DNA of 64,000 nt from contig CAXUUL010000010.1 of the NCBI GenBank assembly GCA_964255285.1, forward strand, positions 1-64,000, in the 5' to 3' direction. Below are positions 35,886 to 50,675 of the stretch, piece after piece. This DNA is from Ionaspis alba (Eukaryota). Below the pieces are notes generated by a model. The model was not told the origin of the DNA. It worked only from the letters and a program-made list of their open reading frames with translations, and did no database searches. The translations under genes were made by a program, and so were the position numbers. Numbering within the stretch: the stretch's first letter is position 1; every line of letters starts with the position of its first letter.

Positions 35886-36109
35886 CTTGGGGCTGATATG
35901 GGCGTGTTGGGCTGCCTGTTGAAGGGAAGGGGCGGTTGGTGATGGCTAGCTACTGTTCGTGTGCCATAATGGAGGTTGGCGTGTCTTCCCGCTGTCATGG
36001 ACGCTCATTGTCCTCACGTAACCAGAGCCTGTCTCTGGCGCCAACGCACTCAGGATCGTCGACCATACGAGCCGGGGGTCTCGACTTCCGAGGTTCAAAG
36101 TACCTTTTC

Positions 36110-39100
36110 TCAGGACATCTGAACTCCTTGGAAGTTTGTAGTTTGGCGCTTGACTTGTTCTTTAGCCCAACGCGCCGTCTCGATTGTTCGCGGCAAGAAG
36201 TCACGGTTTGTCCGAGTCTCCTTGATCATCTCTGTGATCCAATCATTGCGGTAGTAGTCTGCATATTCTCCTTGCGGGAAGGCGTCTGCAAGATCACTAA
36301 GTTCATTTTAGCATGATGTAAATTCATGAGCATATACTGTGACCAACCCGATGACGCCCATAGCAGATCGTGCGAGAGGCTCACTCCGGTGATGATCTTG
36401 AGCCACCATACTCAGGAGCTGGAAAATCGACTCCACGTATGGGTTCAGCAATTGTGCTTGTCCAGGTTAGTCCATGTGGCAAAGGCGTCATATTTCATTT
36501 TTGCAAACCTTTCCCTTGCTTCATAGCAAGAATAATTCCGGACCATGCATCCATGATACCCTCTCTCAGCGAGGTTACGTAGTCGTACATGTCATATGCA
36601 TTCTCAGGTCCGGGGTTGACGTTGGCTGCCTGTTGCAAGACTTGGGCTACTACTGATAGGTAGGTTTCGAAGTGTGGCCCAATTGCTTGAGCAATATCTC
36701 CAAAACATTGCAAGATTGCGGGCTTGAATTGATTGCTCAAAGCCGTACTCTGTTGGCCGTTAGGCACTGACTGCAAAGCGAAAAGATTGGTACATACCCG
36801 CAAGTTGTTGAGCAAATAATTCATGAATGAATCACAATATGGCTGAGCTCTCTCAGCCAGAGAGCGAGTAATATCACTAACGAGACCAATAGCCATGGAG
36901 CAGAGACCGGGCTCATCTTGATTGCCGAGAGCATTGTACAAGAATGGAACGAATGAGTCCATGTATTTGACGAAATCTTCTTCAAGCGCATTTGCAAGCG
37001 CGCCAACTGTGGCAAATACCGTGTCAGGCACGCTGGATTTGGGCCCCACGGTGCTAAGAAGTCGAAGCAAAACATGCATGATACGATCTGCTTGGGGCTT
37101 GATTTCGCCTTCAAGGCGCTGTATGATAGCCTGCTGGATGTCAGTCGTCGTTGTGCTAGTCAATGCCCTTGCCTCTTTGTACTGACAAGCAAGCAACTCG
37201 TAAGACTAGTCTGAATCTCCTCGAGAGTGATTCGGTCTTCTACATTCACGATCTGCTGCTGCATCGGAATGGTGTTCTCCAATCGTTGGAGGATGACGTC
37301 GGAGAGTTGACCAACGACTGGCAGGCTGTCCATCGCCGCATTGGTCACGAATGTATTTAGTACTTCATACGCAGCCATGCGGAGTTGGTTGTCTGCATCC
37401 GTTCTTGACGACAATTAGCAACAGCTACCTAGGGTTGGGGAGAACCCCGCTCCGTACTTCTCTGTGAGATTAAGCAGTGCCGAAACACTTGCTTGAAAAT
37501 GAGGCGATAATGCGTTCTCTTGACATCCAGGCTCGCCCGCAAATTTGTCCGCCAAGCTCATCAGTGCCCAGCAGCAGGAACCGGCCATTTTAGGATTACT
37601 TGACAGCCCAGTGAACAGTGCTTCAATCAGACCGGGGAGCTGGCCTTGCGGATCGATAGAATCCGGCATAACCTCACACACTCGACCAAGAGCATAAGCC
37701 GCAGAGTCACGGACTTGAACCGCTTCGTCTTGTAATTTATCCATCAACAATGGCAGAGCCTGCTTGATGAGGGGTTCCAGCATCTTGTCATCGGGACCTT
37801 CCATGATGGCCCCGAATGCTGAGACAGCAGCATCACGTCTGTGCCAGTCCGCATCTCGAAGGTTGGGATCCACAAAGTTCAGTACGACAGGCACGATTTC
37901 TGAGCCCACAGCTTGGGCAAAAAGCTGCAGACACTGGTAAGCAGCTCTCGCAACGTTGTAGTCCTCGTCGCTAGCGTCCTCCTCCTGCTTGGTGAGTAGT
38001 TGAAGAAGAGTTGGGACAACTTCAACCGCTGCGATGCGAGCAAAACCGTAATGTGGCCTCATCTCCGAAGAACCTTCCGCTTGTGCCTACACAGGATGTT
38101 AGCAGGTTTAAATCGTGACTGATTAGGGGGATTCGCGAACCATTGCATTATCATCCTCGATAGCAATCTCCTCTTCACACACAGTGCACCAGAACTCAAC
38201 AGCTAGTTTTGCAACGTCTTCTTCTTCATTCTTCATGCCGATGATCGTCAGTCCGTAGAGAGCTTTCTCCATATAGAATTTCATCTTGTCGTAGTAGAGA
38301 GACATGATGCGATTCAAGCAGCCAAAGGCTCCGGATTCGATTCGAATATCTCCAGATTGAGTTGCTTCGCAGACGACCTGCATGATGTAGTTCCGCTCTC
38401 CTTCATTCTCAAAGTTCGTCCGTACGAAGTCCAAACAGTCGCCTAGAGCGATTATTGCCGAATTCCGCACTTCCATGTTCTCCTCCTCTTTGCGCGCTCC
38501 CTGAACAACAGCCGTAAGGATGGTATTGGAATGGCTCGCCAGACTTTCCCGCAAGTTGGAATCATCGCTCTCGCAGATGAATCCAATGGTCGTAAGAGAC
38601 GCCTGCTTGAGATGATCACCGCCTTGTCCCACATTCTCCACCAATGCCGACATAAGCTCAGGCCATTCATTACGGGGCAACTCGATCGCTGCTATCGACG
38701 CAATGAACTGTCCAGCAGACTGCCCAGCCCTTCCATCTCTCGAACCAAGAGTTTGTAGAGCCAAGTCCTTGACTGACTTCTTCACATTTGGATCCAGCTG
38801 CTGCGTCCATTTCTGCTGTACTTCTCGTAATCTCGCGTATTCTCGGGCTGAGAAGGCGTTCTTGAGGGCGATACCAGCAGCAGTCCGTATGTGTGGTTGT
38901 GCGTTCTCGTTTGCAAGCTCTTGGGCAAGTGTGATCAGATAGCCAGACTATGAGTCGAGATTAGAGAACGTAGATTGCTTCAGGGGAAATCGGCCACAGC
39001 AGCGAGGGAAACCTACGAAATCAACCTCAGAAGCATGTGTGAGTTGCTGTTCTGCGTTTTGTCGCGTTGTGGCATCTTAGGCAAACAAATCAGTCACCAA

Positions 39101-39176
39101 GTACCTTCAAGGCGATCATCACGGACTGGAACATACCTGGTGAGAGGGTGCTCTCCAATACCTGACTGACATTCAT
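36110..39176 (-). CDS. KAP95: Importin beta-1 (karyopherin beta, Kap95/KapB), multi-exon
   Basis: MNVSQVLESTLSP, AAGIALKNAF, IAAIELPRNEWPELM, NFENEGERNYIMQVVCEAT, AVEFWCTVCEEE, DAAVSAFGAIMEGP, KPAILQCFGDIAQAIG, LREGIMDAW. Confidence 0.95.
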
Positions 39177-39699
39177 CTTGCGTCTTGTTGCTTCAGGTAG
39201 TGTGCAAACAGAAAGACTGGATGTTGTCAAGACTGAGATGAGACGAAGGTGGGTGGTGGTTTAAGTAAAGGTCACTTATTGCGTTGTCGTGTGCAACCTG
39301 ATGTTGAGTATTTCGGGAAGGATGAAATCGAAGCGACGACCGATACTCAAAAATTCCCCGCCGAGCACCGTAGAGACAGTAGGACCTGTGGTTTTTGTGT
39401 GTGGACGGTATTGATTGAAGACCAATAGCAGTAAAGATCTGGTTCCGCAGAATGGCAGACACTGAAGCCTTATGACTCCTGAGACAATATCGACTATGCG
39501 GGCTTGGATTTCGCGTCAACAATGTACAAGGCTTGTGATTTGATACTTATAAGGCTGACGAATTACGCCCTAGATTAAGGTACCTGTGATATCAGAGGCC
39601 TACCATAGTCGGAAACACAGCCATCATACATAAACAATTCATTGGACATTCTCTACGATAAAGGAGCACTGCAAGGGTATCAAGAATGGAAAATGTAGC

Positions 39700-42466
39700 C
39701 TAAGGAAACGTTTCGCCTTCACGGTTTCTGAACACCTCTTCCAACCTTTCGCCGTCTTTCACACTCGCATCTGGAAGTGGACTGTCAAGGTCAAATATTC
39801 TGTAGTGAATTTTGTCGTCAAAGACAACACAAACCACCCGTCGCCCTTTGCGACCGTTCACTTCCAATTTGAGTGGCGTCTCAGACAGACCTTTGGCAAA
39901 AGTATGTCGCACAAATGGCCTTAGGTCCTCATCCGACCAGAGCTCAGGATCTATATGATCAAACGGTGGATCATATGTGGGATAGCTATTCGTGTCTAGA
40001 TCCGTGGTCGTAGATTCAAAACCTGCACGCGAACCAAGCACCTTACGGTAGGGAATATAGAGAAGCCTCGATAACCCTAACAAGTCCAACTTCAGCCGTC
40101 ACTATCTAAATCACTTGAATAGCGGGGACTGACCTTCTCCTGCAGTGGCCAACATCAAGTGTTTGTCGTCGACGAATTTGACGTCGCTAATTCTTGCTGT
40201 AGAAAGTCTCATTCTTGCCAACTTGACTGTTCTTATGGAACTGATTCCGTTTATCACTGCTAGTACAACTTTGACGAGAAGCACTATAGAGTTGTCAATT
40301 CTGTGCAGAATAAGCATTCGTTGGACGTCAATACCTTCATTGCTCACATCCTCGGTCACTATTGCAACAAACGAAGCGGATTCATCGAATGATTCTGCTG
40401 GATTCTATGCCACCATTAACCTAGAAATCCAACAAGCGGTACATTTTGGTCCCACCTCAATGAGCATCCTCATATCCAAGCATCGTGGTTGGAGCCGTCC
40501 CAATGAGAATGGGTCTCCAAATCTTGCCTTTCTCTTCTGTGTTTCAGCAATACGTTCGAATACCACTCTACATTGCCGATCAAGGCGAGCAATCATAACG
40601 TCCATGCCTGGTAGCTTTCTCTCGGTCTGCGATCCCTGAAGGAAAGTTTTCAAGTCTACCTTGTATCTCGAATATATGGGACTGCTCTCGTCAGAGAAAT
40701 CCCAGCTTGGACGTGTATCAACATCTGGCTGGATTCCAAGAACCTCGATCAGCCGACTTCGTAGCATAGGGCCTTGAATATATTTGAGAATCTGCAAGTG
40801 GTCGAGAAAGTGGTCCTTTTCTGCCATTTCTCCCGCTGCCGGAGAAGACATATCCGTGCCTTGTATCTCGATCTCTTGCTTCAGCCAAGCAGAAAACGCA
40901 GAAAATTGACGTAGTTCAGAACCTGCATTTATTAGGATCGTGTGCCCAAGCAGCTGTAAGCAGTTGAGAGTGTCAATGATCTGATCGAGCTCTTGTGTGG
41001 CGAGTCCAAGACCATCTGTAGATTCGTAGAATCTTGAAAGGCCTCGAAGCCGACTAACGAGGACCCCAAAACGTTCCAGAGCAGGGAGAAGGGTCTCGTG
41101 TGCAAGTCGTCGAACATTTTCATACCCGGTCGTAGTAGCCTTATCCCAGCGTTTGTGACCCTTGCTTTGGTGTTAGCCATGGGCTGAAGACATGATGCTG
41201 AATATTCACAAACCCTGTCGCCAAGCTCATCGACGAGCCACTCCTTCATCAAAGCACCGCAAATCCCTGTGGCAACAAGTTGATAAGCTGCAGTTACGAA
41301 GCTGGTCTGGCTCTTTTCTTGCAAGGTTTCCTCTATATTCCGCATGAATCTCTGAGGGAGGTCCTGGGAAGCCCTGAACTCGCTATAGATTTGATTCTGG
41401 ACTTCCTGGATATATCTAAGAAGGTTGTGAAGTTGTGTCGATTTCGAGGCTAGTAAAGACAAATATTTACCGGTCTCTGGTATAAGCCGCAAATCGAAAG
41501 GTACAAAGTGTAGCTCCGAAACGTTCACTGAGAGGCTCTGGATAAGCAGTGCATGGGTGGAGCTGTAAGGATGACTGCACTCTCGGATCATCCTACTTTG
41601 ACCGATCTGCGGAGTAATTTGTCTGGTACTGAATGTACCAATTTCAAATACGTCGTTGATGCTCAAGTGAATCGTACCGTCATCAAATCCCATAAGGAGT
41701 ACATCTGTGGACTCGTCTACCTCTCTCTTCGGAGGATGAAGCAGAGCATCTAAGGAAGCTCTGGAGCTGAACACCTCTTCTCTAGATGATTATTAGCTCT
41801 ACACATTGCCACTGTGAGTAGACAACGAGAGATACAAACTCTTTTCCGCCAGCAGGAAGGACGCTCAATTTTGGAAGAATAGATTCTGCATCAAGAAAAG
41901 CTAGGTCGGTAGGCAGATCCAAGGGCTTCTCTGCATACTGAGTCTGTGATCCTCGATTGAAGATATCCTCAAGGGTTACTCTGGATCCTAGACCTTCCAG
42001 ACGCCCTCTCGTGCTCTTGGCATCCGTAAAGTTCAGACTCCAGGCCAGGGAGGAGACGCGCGAATTTGAGTAGCGGGAATATTGGACATGATGGGCTGCC
42101 TTCCCTGTTTGAGCACTGATAAGGGACACCGAAGAGTCACTGAATGCTACAGCCAGTAATTGACCTTGACGTATCTTTAGTGGATGTTTCTTTTGAAAGT
42201 ATGGGCGGAAGTCGAAGGAGGCACCGACCATCTGGCTTCCAGGCCAAGCACGTAATAGACAAGTTTGCTTTCTTGTAAGGGACCCCAAACACCCGCTGGC
42301 CGTTCATACGGTAAACATGCACATGTTCGTCAACGGTGGCTAAGGCAACCAGGTCCATCGTCGGACAGAAAGCCACCTGCCCCAGCTTGATGGCTTGGTG
42401 CATGACCTTCTCTGCCAGCATTGTGAGCATAATGGGCTGGTCGCCCATATTGTAGTCGATCTCCAT
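39700..42466 (-). CDS. APC4: Anaphase-promoting complex subunit 4, multi-exon
   Basis: FCPTMDLVALA..VHVYRMNGQRV, LAWKPDG/QLLAV; central QLVATG..MKEWLVDELG..GHKRW; C-term LEVNGRKGRRVVCV. Confidence 0.88.
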
Positions 42467-42960
42467 TGCCTGAGGACTTAGGCATTAGCTGCCAAATATG
42501 AATTTGATCACATTGTGGTTTTTATTGTGAAAAAAGACAGATCCGAGGGACCAGTTTGCAAAAGAAAGCGACACATAGAACCTGACTACATCGCTTCGAG
42601 CGACTTGATGGCGTACTCTCCCTTGATTTAGGAACTACTCGGGCACAGTTAAGCCAAAAAATCCTCCCCGGGTCTCCTCTATAGGCGGGGATCTTGTCAG
42701 CCCATTCTGTAGTCGCGAGAGTGGATCTATTGGACCAATCCATTATATCAGCCAAAATGACTCCAGGCTCTAATCTGGAACTACGTGAAACGTTGTGGCA
42801 ACGGTCTTCTAGAACTCGGACGTGGAGCTTTGCAGACACATCACGTTTACGTAGTCCATAGGAGAAGTCACATTAATGTAGACTCTAAGGCGGTGTTCTT
42901 CTCGTCGTAGCTGCAGGGAGCAACGGGGTCATGCATTAGACACGGTCCTACAAGCCCTCT

Positions 42961-44712
42961 CTATTCTATGACATAAGAATCGGCCACCGATTTGATATCT
43001 TTCGTGAACGCCATGTCCTGCTCCATATCGATAAGGGTGACGGAGGAAACCTAGCCGTGCTCACGTTAGTGGTAGTAGGTACAAGTGCAAATAGAGGGAT
43101 GCCTACGTCAACATCCACGAATGGTTTACTTTTGGTGAATTGGACCCTCATAGGGAAGAATTCTGATTCGTCTTCGGCTTGCGCCTCAAATTCGAAAGAC
43201 CCGCTTGGATTTGATTCGTTGACCGGACCTATAGTCCACTCCAGACTGTCGCCAGATACTTCGTACATGGCATCAAAACTGGAGACAGCAGGCTCGCTGG
43301 TTGCGTAAGGGATGGTCACTGAAACATTTCGAAGGTCATCGCCACCTGACAACTCATATTCCACCGTGATCGTCCATGATTCGTCGGTGCCTTTGTTAAC
43401 CCACACGGTAAAGGTGATCGGCAACACGTCGATCGCATCGGCACCAGCGCTAGCGCTCCATCGCAGGACGCCGACGGAATTGTTCGCCGGAAATCCTCGG
43501 GAGGTGTCTCTCAGTTGTACGATCTTGGAATTTGTAAAGAGTGCCTTGTCGACGTTTGGATGAGTGCGAAATTGAGCACCGTGAGAGGCATTGGCGGTGA
43601 GATCGAGTTTTACTTTTGTGAGCGAAGGATCTGAGATCCGGAGCTGCAGGTCTCCCTTCACGTTGAACGACTTCAAAGTTCCTTCACGGGAGAGTTTGGC
43701 GGATATGTTTTCCGCGACTGTGATGTGGATAGCATCCCGGTCCAGTGAAGTTGAATTGCGTGCAGACGGAGCTTTCTGTGAAGCCGCGACGGGCTGAGAG
43801 TTCGATATCAACGGTGCAGATTCCTCCGCCTGGCTACCCAGGTCTCCCTTCACACGCTCGAACATGTCCGTTGTCTTCGATTTCTTACCAAGCTGCATGC
43901 CTTTTCCTTTGGAAGCTGTTGCTCTGTGGAAAACTTAGCAGACAGAGACTAATATTAAGTGTGCGACTAACTTGAAGGATTTGTTCTTCTCCGCCTCATA
44001 GCTGTCGTACGTATCCGGGACCGATGGCCGAACTGGTGGTGTGTACGTTGGATACGATGGTGCTCGAGGTGCAGCTGAACGACCACTTCGGGCCATTTCT
44101 TTGCGTTGTAGTTCCAGTTGCTTTGCCTTCCTTTTTCTCTCTTCCGTGGCCTCAAGCTCCTTGTTCTGTGCACGAAAGTCAACTCACGAGTCCCTGATTG
44201 CCAAGACCTTGGACTTACTCGTGATATGATCTCCTGTATCCGCTCTTCATGGCTTTCCATCTCCAGAAATGTCTTGATCTGTCCAATGGAAAGATTCTCA
44301 CGATACCCCAATGTGACGAGCTCGTCGAATGCACTCAACAATTCGTAAGCATTGCGTAGTATTTCTCTCTCGTCCAGACTCTTGCAGATACTGGAGACCA
44401 CTTGCGCAAATAAGTGAAGGGAATCGATATCCTGAAGAATGTTCGATTGGCGATTCGTTATGAGTACCATGTATAGCTCGTCTAGGGGCTGGTAGACGTA
44501 TCGCACATTATCCTGCTCCACAGTTGTGTGCTGGGTGCTGGAGTCGGCAAGCTTGGGGAAAGAAGCAAGTAACCCCTCTATTCGGGACCTTGAGATTTCA
44601 CGGAATTGGCGGGATAGTACTGCCTTTCCCCCTCTTGTGCATATTGAAGCGGCGAGAACAACCTGAAGGGGCTCAGTATAGATTCTTCCGAGGGATTTTT
44701 GAGTCCTACCAT
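42961..44712 (-). CDS. RET2: Coatomer subunit delta (COPI), ATG-only first exon
   Basis: M/VVLAASICTRGGKAVLSRQF, VRYVYQPLDELYMVLITNRQSNILQDIDSL, MESHEE, GMQLGKK, mu-homology domain FRTHPNVDK..GVLRW. Confidence 0.95.
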
Positions 44713-45289
44713 GACTTCAATTCCTCAAAATCAGTAGCGGCCAACTCATAATACAATCTAAGAGGGATTGCGAGTGTTGTTCAATGAGATAGCACCTACC
44801 TTAACTAAATCCAATCAGCGTCAAGGTCAACATGAGATGTGGTTTGATAAAGGACGCTAGGACCAATCCGACGACGCGCAACCCTCACATCTGACCGCGA
44901 CACTAAGTAAGTCCTATTCAGCTTCACTTTGACTATTCACAGCCAGTATGACGACCGAGACCAAGAAAACCTACCACGACAGCGACTCTGGCCCTTTCTA
45001 AGTCCATTGAACACAAGAATCAACTCAACTTGGTTTTATTTTCCAGCTGTCAACCGAAGACCTTCTTAAGCTTTTAAAGCACCCTTTCGACTACGCTTCC
45101 ATTCTTAGGCGTGATCCATCGTCCTTCACAGTATTCTGCGAGGTAGACAACTGAGGCATCTGAGACCTACGGCTATTCTAGTCACAGCTATTGCCACGTC
45201 CGAGCATGAAAGCAAATTACTCTTTCGGTCTAACGCACTACCTACGATGATCGTCGGCGGAATCGCTTGACACTCTCCAACCACTAATC

Positions 45290-48055
45290 ATGATAGCTCT
45301 TCAGCCCCTCGACCGACCTGACCTCTCTGGAATGGCTGAAGAAGACCTGATGGAAGTATCGACCGATTTCGATCAGAAGATCACAACCGACGACGATGTC
45401 GATATTAACTTAGGCGACGAGTCGACCTACTACGGCGAAGATGAACTTATGGCAGAAGGTGACAGATATGAAGAAGATCGAGACATCTATAGGGAAGAAG
45501 CTCTGAATCTGGAGAATGACGACGAAATGGTGGACGACCTCGACATACGATCCGTAGGATCCGACATAATCCACCCGGACATAGCGGACGTAGAGGATCA
45601 TCAGCAAGACGACCTTCGTTTGGAGGATGAAAGGCAGCCCGAGGTGGAAGTGGTTACGGTGAACGATACAGAGAGCGGATTTCAGGCACCCGCTACTGAT
45701 AAAGAGCAATCGTCGGAGCCTACCATGCATGAGGATTTATTCTTTGGTGATGACGATTCCCATATCGCCAGTTCCTTTACTCATGATCCGCTGTCGACTC
45801 ACGACCAACAATCGGATCATACAGAACTTCCCGTTCCTATAATTTCAGACCAAATTAACGCCCTTCCGGTCGCTCAAGAGCTCCATCAGGAACTAACAGA
45901 CACGGTGAACGTAGACTCAGATGGAACCCGGGAATCCCTACACCAAATACCTCTTGCGGATAGTTCAGGTGAAGCTCCTTCCCAGGAGAATGAGATCACC
46001 TACGAAGAAGAAGAAGATCATGATCATGATCATACTGAAATCACAACAGCCAATATCCAGCAGGATCCATCCGTTTCCAAGCCAGACTTCGTCGAGCATC
46101 CTGCACACGCCGAAGCTCTTGATTCAAACGAATGGCACGACTCGAATCATCAGAACGAAGAAACTGTCAACATTCCTACTTCGACTGTCGGCCCTTCCGA
46201 TGATGCCGATCCGACATCTCCTGGAGGTGCCACTAATCTATCCATCCCTACGGATATACAAAAACGCGATCAGCCTGCAGACAACCGGGCACCTGGGAAT
46301 ACTGCTCAACCCATACGTGTTCATCCAGTAGTCGTATTATACCAGGATAGTGAGATGTCCTTGTTCCCACCCACCGAGCACGACGAGGAGCATTCGCAGA
46401 CGTATTTTCTGCAAGACGAATCACTAACACATGAAACTTTGAGCAAGCTCTTACAGGCGTGCAGAAATGTTTTAGCGGACAGCATTAGCGACCATGAAGA
46501 ATTGGAGGTTGAGATACCGCTCCTGGACCTTCGAGTCTCCGAGGTGAGCGCTTTGTTCTGCGATACTGGCAAATGTTTCTTGACTGACGTATCTCTAGCA
46601 TGCCCAAGAATGTTCATCCACTAGTCTCGCTCAGATATTAGGGCTTTATCTACAGTTGCATCACAATGATGGGATCGATAAACCCGAGCCTCTTCACTTG
46701 ACATTAACCATCAGATCTACGTTTACTCATCGTCTGGAACATCTTTATGCTTCTGCGACTGAAGGCAGAGGCATCTCCCACGTCACTCACGTCGACGAGA
46801 CCGAAGGGGTTGATGGCTCAGACGAGCAAGATGAGCTTACTGACGGTGATAAAGTTCAAGAGCTAGATGCTGACATCGTGGAGAGCGCCGACGGCGAAGA
46901 TGATACCAACAGGGAGGATCGGAATGCCAACACTGAACAGGAGATCGAAGTTTCCCCAAATGATCATACCAATGACACTGATGCCTCTCCTGGGTGGCAT
47001 GCTCCAGAGGGTGTAGTAGAGAGCCTAGATGATACCGGCGAGACTCAAAGAAGTTATCATGCCCAAGATGAAAGAGCTTTGAACAAGCTGACGCAGGAGA
47101 GTCTTTCTTCAATCAAGGAGCATGAGCTGGAGAGCACTAGCCATACTGATCTCTACTTTGCGGAGGAAACCACCTTAGCTCAAGCCAAGCCGGAAGAGGA
47201 GCACCTCTTCGATGACCTCTCTGACACACTCGAAGATTTAAGCGCAGGGTCAACCCAGGTCCTTGAACAGAACAAGGATACTCAGGATGCTCACGATGCC
47301 CATCCAAGGGTGTCACATGATGGTGATCACGTCGAGCTAGAGCGAACCCAAGAGTCCCGCAGATCCTCTGGAACATCATCTACCATTCGAGGTGATGGGT
47401 TCGAAGCCCCATCACGTGAACCACAGACTGGACAGCCTCTTGAGAACCAGGCCAACACCTCAGCCGATCCTTATAAAACTGGAGGAGAGACGACCCTCGA
47501 GGACAATGACAGGGTCCAGGAGTTTTCCAACCTAGGAAGCCATGATGATAATGTGGAGGACTTCGGAGACTCCGATTACGATGAATATACAAATGACGCT
47601 AATTATCAGAATCTCGATGCCGACGTACTTGCTACAGACAAACCCGGAGGACTAGATGCCGAAGCCGAGGACTATGACTTGAATCTGAACTCGATCCTAC
47701 CGACAGAAGTGCTACCAAATGAGGGATCCCGAACCGGAGAACTTGGGGAACTCGAAGATGAGACCGCAAAGCCTTCGACACTAGACATCGAAGAGGATGA
47801 AATCACCTACGAGGACGAAGAAGCTGTTGAGGAGATCCCCAGTGAGCAGGGAAATGACCAGGACTTGGGAAGTCCCGCAAGCAGTTTCAATGGCTCAACC
47901 ACAGGGTCTGGAATTCTGAAGCGTACACGTGCTGCTGAAGATGACATCGACCCTTCTGGGAAGACGCAAGGTGAGCACTTAAAACTAATAAAGTTCATTA
48001 GGATTATGCTTACTAACTGTTGGTACCAGACATCAAACGCATGCGCTCTGAATGA
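45290..48055 (+). CDS. Large acidic, low-complexity protein with central DUF2420/Rmr1-like domain, 3 exons
   Basis: Asp/Glu-rich flanks; core PVVVLYQDSEMSLFPP..YFL..LLQACRNVL..L.VSE/..LYLQLHHNDG..PEPLHLTL; C-term bipartite NLS LKRTR..DIKRMRSE. Confidence 0.72.
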
Positions 48056-49361
48056 CAGACTCAGCCTGCATACCAACGACTGGTCATTCCCATGCATCCT
48101 ACCGGAACACTCGGATTTGCCTTCCACCGTGCCACTTGCCCACTATATGAATTTCGAGGACCATCCTTTCAATATTTCATAATATACCGCTCAATCGGGG
48201 GTGCTACTGACTACAACCAGCGCGGGACTTTGGCGACGGAGCAGACGGACTGACGTCCTTCTACAATCGGTAAGTTCGTTAAGTAAGTGACTAGCGTGGT
48301 GAGCCGCAATGGGCGGGCTACTTTTTCTACATCCCTTCCAAGCCTTGAGATACCCCTTAGATTCGTTCGCAGTTCCACTTGTCACCGTAACTCTAGTGTC
48401 CAGATCAGAGATGTTTGTCGTATTTGTATTCGGTGGTTGGCATTTCGCTTCTTCCGAGTGTGGTTTGGTGCGGGATTGTCCCGCTTTCAAAAAGCGTATG
48501 AGATAAGAGTGGGAGCTTTATCTGAATTAGCATCGTGAGCTCGGGTTCGTGGTTGAACGTTATGGGCCATTGACAGACAGATTGATATGAGATCTCCCTC
48601 ATGTTCCGACTGACTATATGGTCTTTCTCTGATCCTGTAATTCATAGTAGCATCTATTAGTAGATTAGATGCAAAAGTGCTGCAAAAATGAACCTGACCT
48701 CGCTTCTCATTATGATCGAAATGATTTGCGAGGTTGAAGCCATCCATGGTACCATGGATGTAATTCGAACGGATTAGTATAATCCTTTTGGCAGTCGTGT
48801 ACCTGAATTGTTCGTGAAGGTCTTGGCGAGGTAGCCTCAATATAGACTAGTGTAGAATGCCACGAATGCTTAGGGGCTGGTCCCTCGCAGACTCCGTTCC
48901 TGAATTGAAGAAACGTCTCAAGAATGACCCCTAATACCAACGACAGACTCGTATTCAAATCGATCACTCTGCCACAACCGCTATTCACTGCACGATCAGG
49001 CCAATCGCTCGTCGTCGCGTATCCCATCGCTGTTGATTTACCGCTGAGAAGAGCATAACAAACTTCGATCCGACCAAGCGCGGTAGCTCAACAATAATCA
49101 TTCCTTCTACCACAGATCCTTCGTCGAGATCAACTTCCTGTCACATCCAGCAGTGGCCTACATTGCATGAGAGATAATTTGAAATTGTTCCCCCTCTGTA
49201 TGGGGGCTCCCGGCCGTTCTTTTACGCAACTCCTATCGTGCTGGAAGGAGGTGGAGGACTAAAGCACGTGGCTGCTGAAGACTGAGGGGAAATCAAGGAC
49301 AGTCACACTTGTTTCCTCCAATCACTCGGATCATTGAGAGTTCTCTTTGAGGACTTTCGTT

Positions 49362-50675
49362 ATGATCGAGGACAAGTACGTCGGACTGCTCCTGGCAATC
49401 ACGTCAAGCTTCGCTATTGGCACCAGTTATGTCATTACAAAGAAGGGATTGCAACATGCGAGTGCAAGGCACGGGTTTGACGGAGCTGGGCATCAATATT
49501 TCAAAAGTCCAATATGGTGGGCGGGGATTGTCCTTCTAGGAGTCGGAGAAGTGGCCAATTTTGCCGCCTATGCCTTTGCGCCAGCGATCTTAGTGACACC
49601 ACTGGGGGCATTGAGTGTACTTACCGGAGCAGTACTTGGAGCTTATTTCTTGAAAGAGCAACTAGGAAGACTTGGTTGGCTAGGTTGCTTTATTTGTCTT
49701 GTGGGTTCTGTCATTATAGCTTCTCACGCACCTCCGGACGAAGAGATTGAGACGGTTGACGAAATTCTCCAATATGCCATATATCCTGGTGAGTTATTCA
49801 CAACACCAAGCTCGTGGTTCTCAAGACCAGAACTGACCTCTTGCGAGGATTTTTATTATACTGCATATTCGTGGCAATCTTCTCAAGCGTCATGATCTAC
49901 AAAATCGCGCCGAAGTATGGAAAATCGAATCCCCTCTATTATCTCTCCATTTGCGCCACCGTCGGCTCCGTGTCGGTCATGGCAATAAAGGCTTTTGGCA
50001 TAGCTTTGAAATTGACATTGAACGGCAATAACCAATTTACGCATCCTTCGACTTACGCTTTCGCGATCGTGGTCGTGGTATGCATTCTCACACAAATGAA
50101 TTATTTCAACAAAGCTTTGAACGAATTTTCTCAATCAATGTAAGGAACCCCTCTTACTCGTCCTAAATTTCTCTGATCTGGCATTTAGTGTAAGCCCGCT
50201 GTACTATGTCACGTTCACGACCGCTGTACTCTGCGCCTCTTTCATCTTATTCCAAGGATTCAATACCACAGACACCGTGAACACCGTCTCCTTATTATGT
50301 GGATTTCTCGTCATTTTCTCCGGAGTCTATCTTCTCAACCTATCGCGAGGTGATCCAAATGGCCACAGGTTACTCAACGGCAGGGAAGAGGATGGTATCC
50401 CCACAGATGGGATAGCCGGTGGATTGATTAGGCGGAGCATGCAAGCTCGCAGAAGTCTGGAACCGCATCGAATGAGCAATGGCAGTATCGGGTTTAGTCC
50501 GCGGACCCCACGAGGAGATAGAGAAGGCCTGATACATGCTTATGATGTCGAGAACGGAGCATTTGGCTTGGCTGATCTCACAGAAGACAGTGCAGGAGAG
50601 ATGGATTCGGTAGAACACGCCAACGGAGAACCCTTCACAAACGGCAAGATTCCGCCGGTAAAGAGTCCTCGGTAA
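49362..50675 (+). CDS. NIPA-family Mg2+ transporter (DUF803), 3 exons
   Basis: MIEDKYVGLLLA..KKGL, WWAG..GEVANFAAYAFAPAILVTPLGALSV, QMNYFNKAL, V.PLYYVTFT. Confidence 0.92.
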
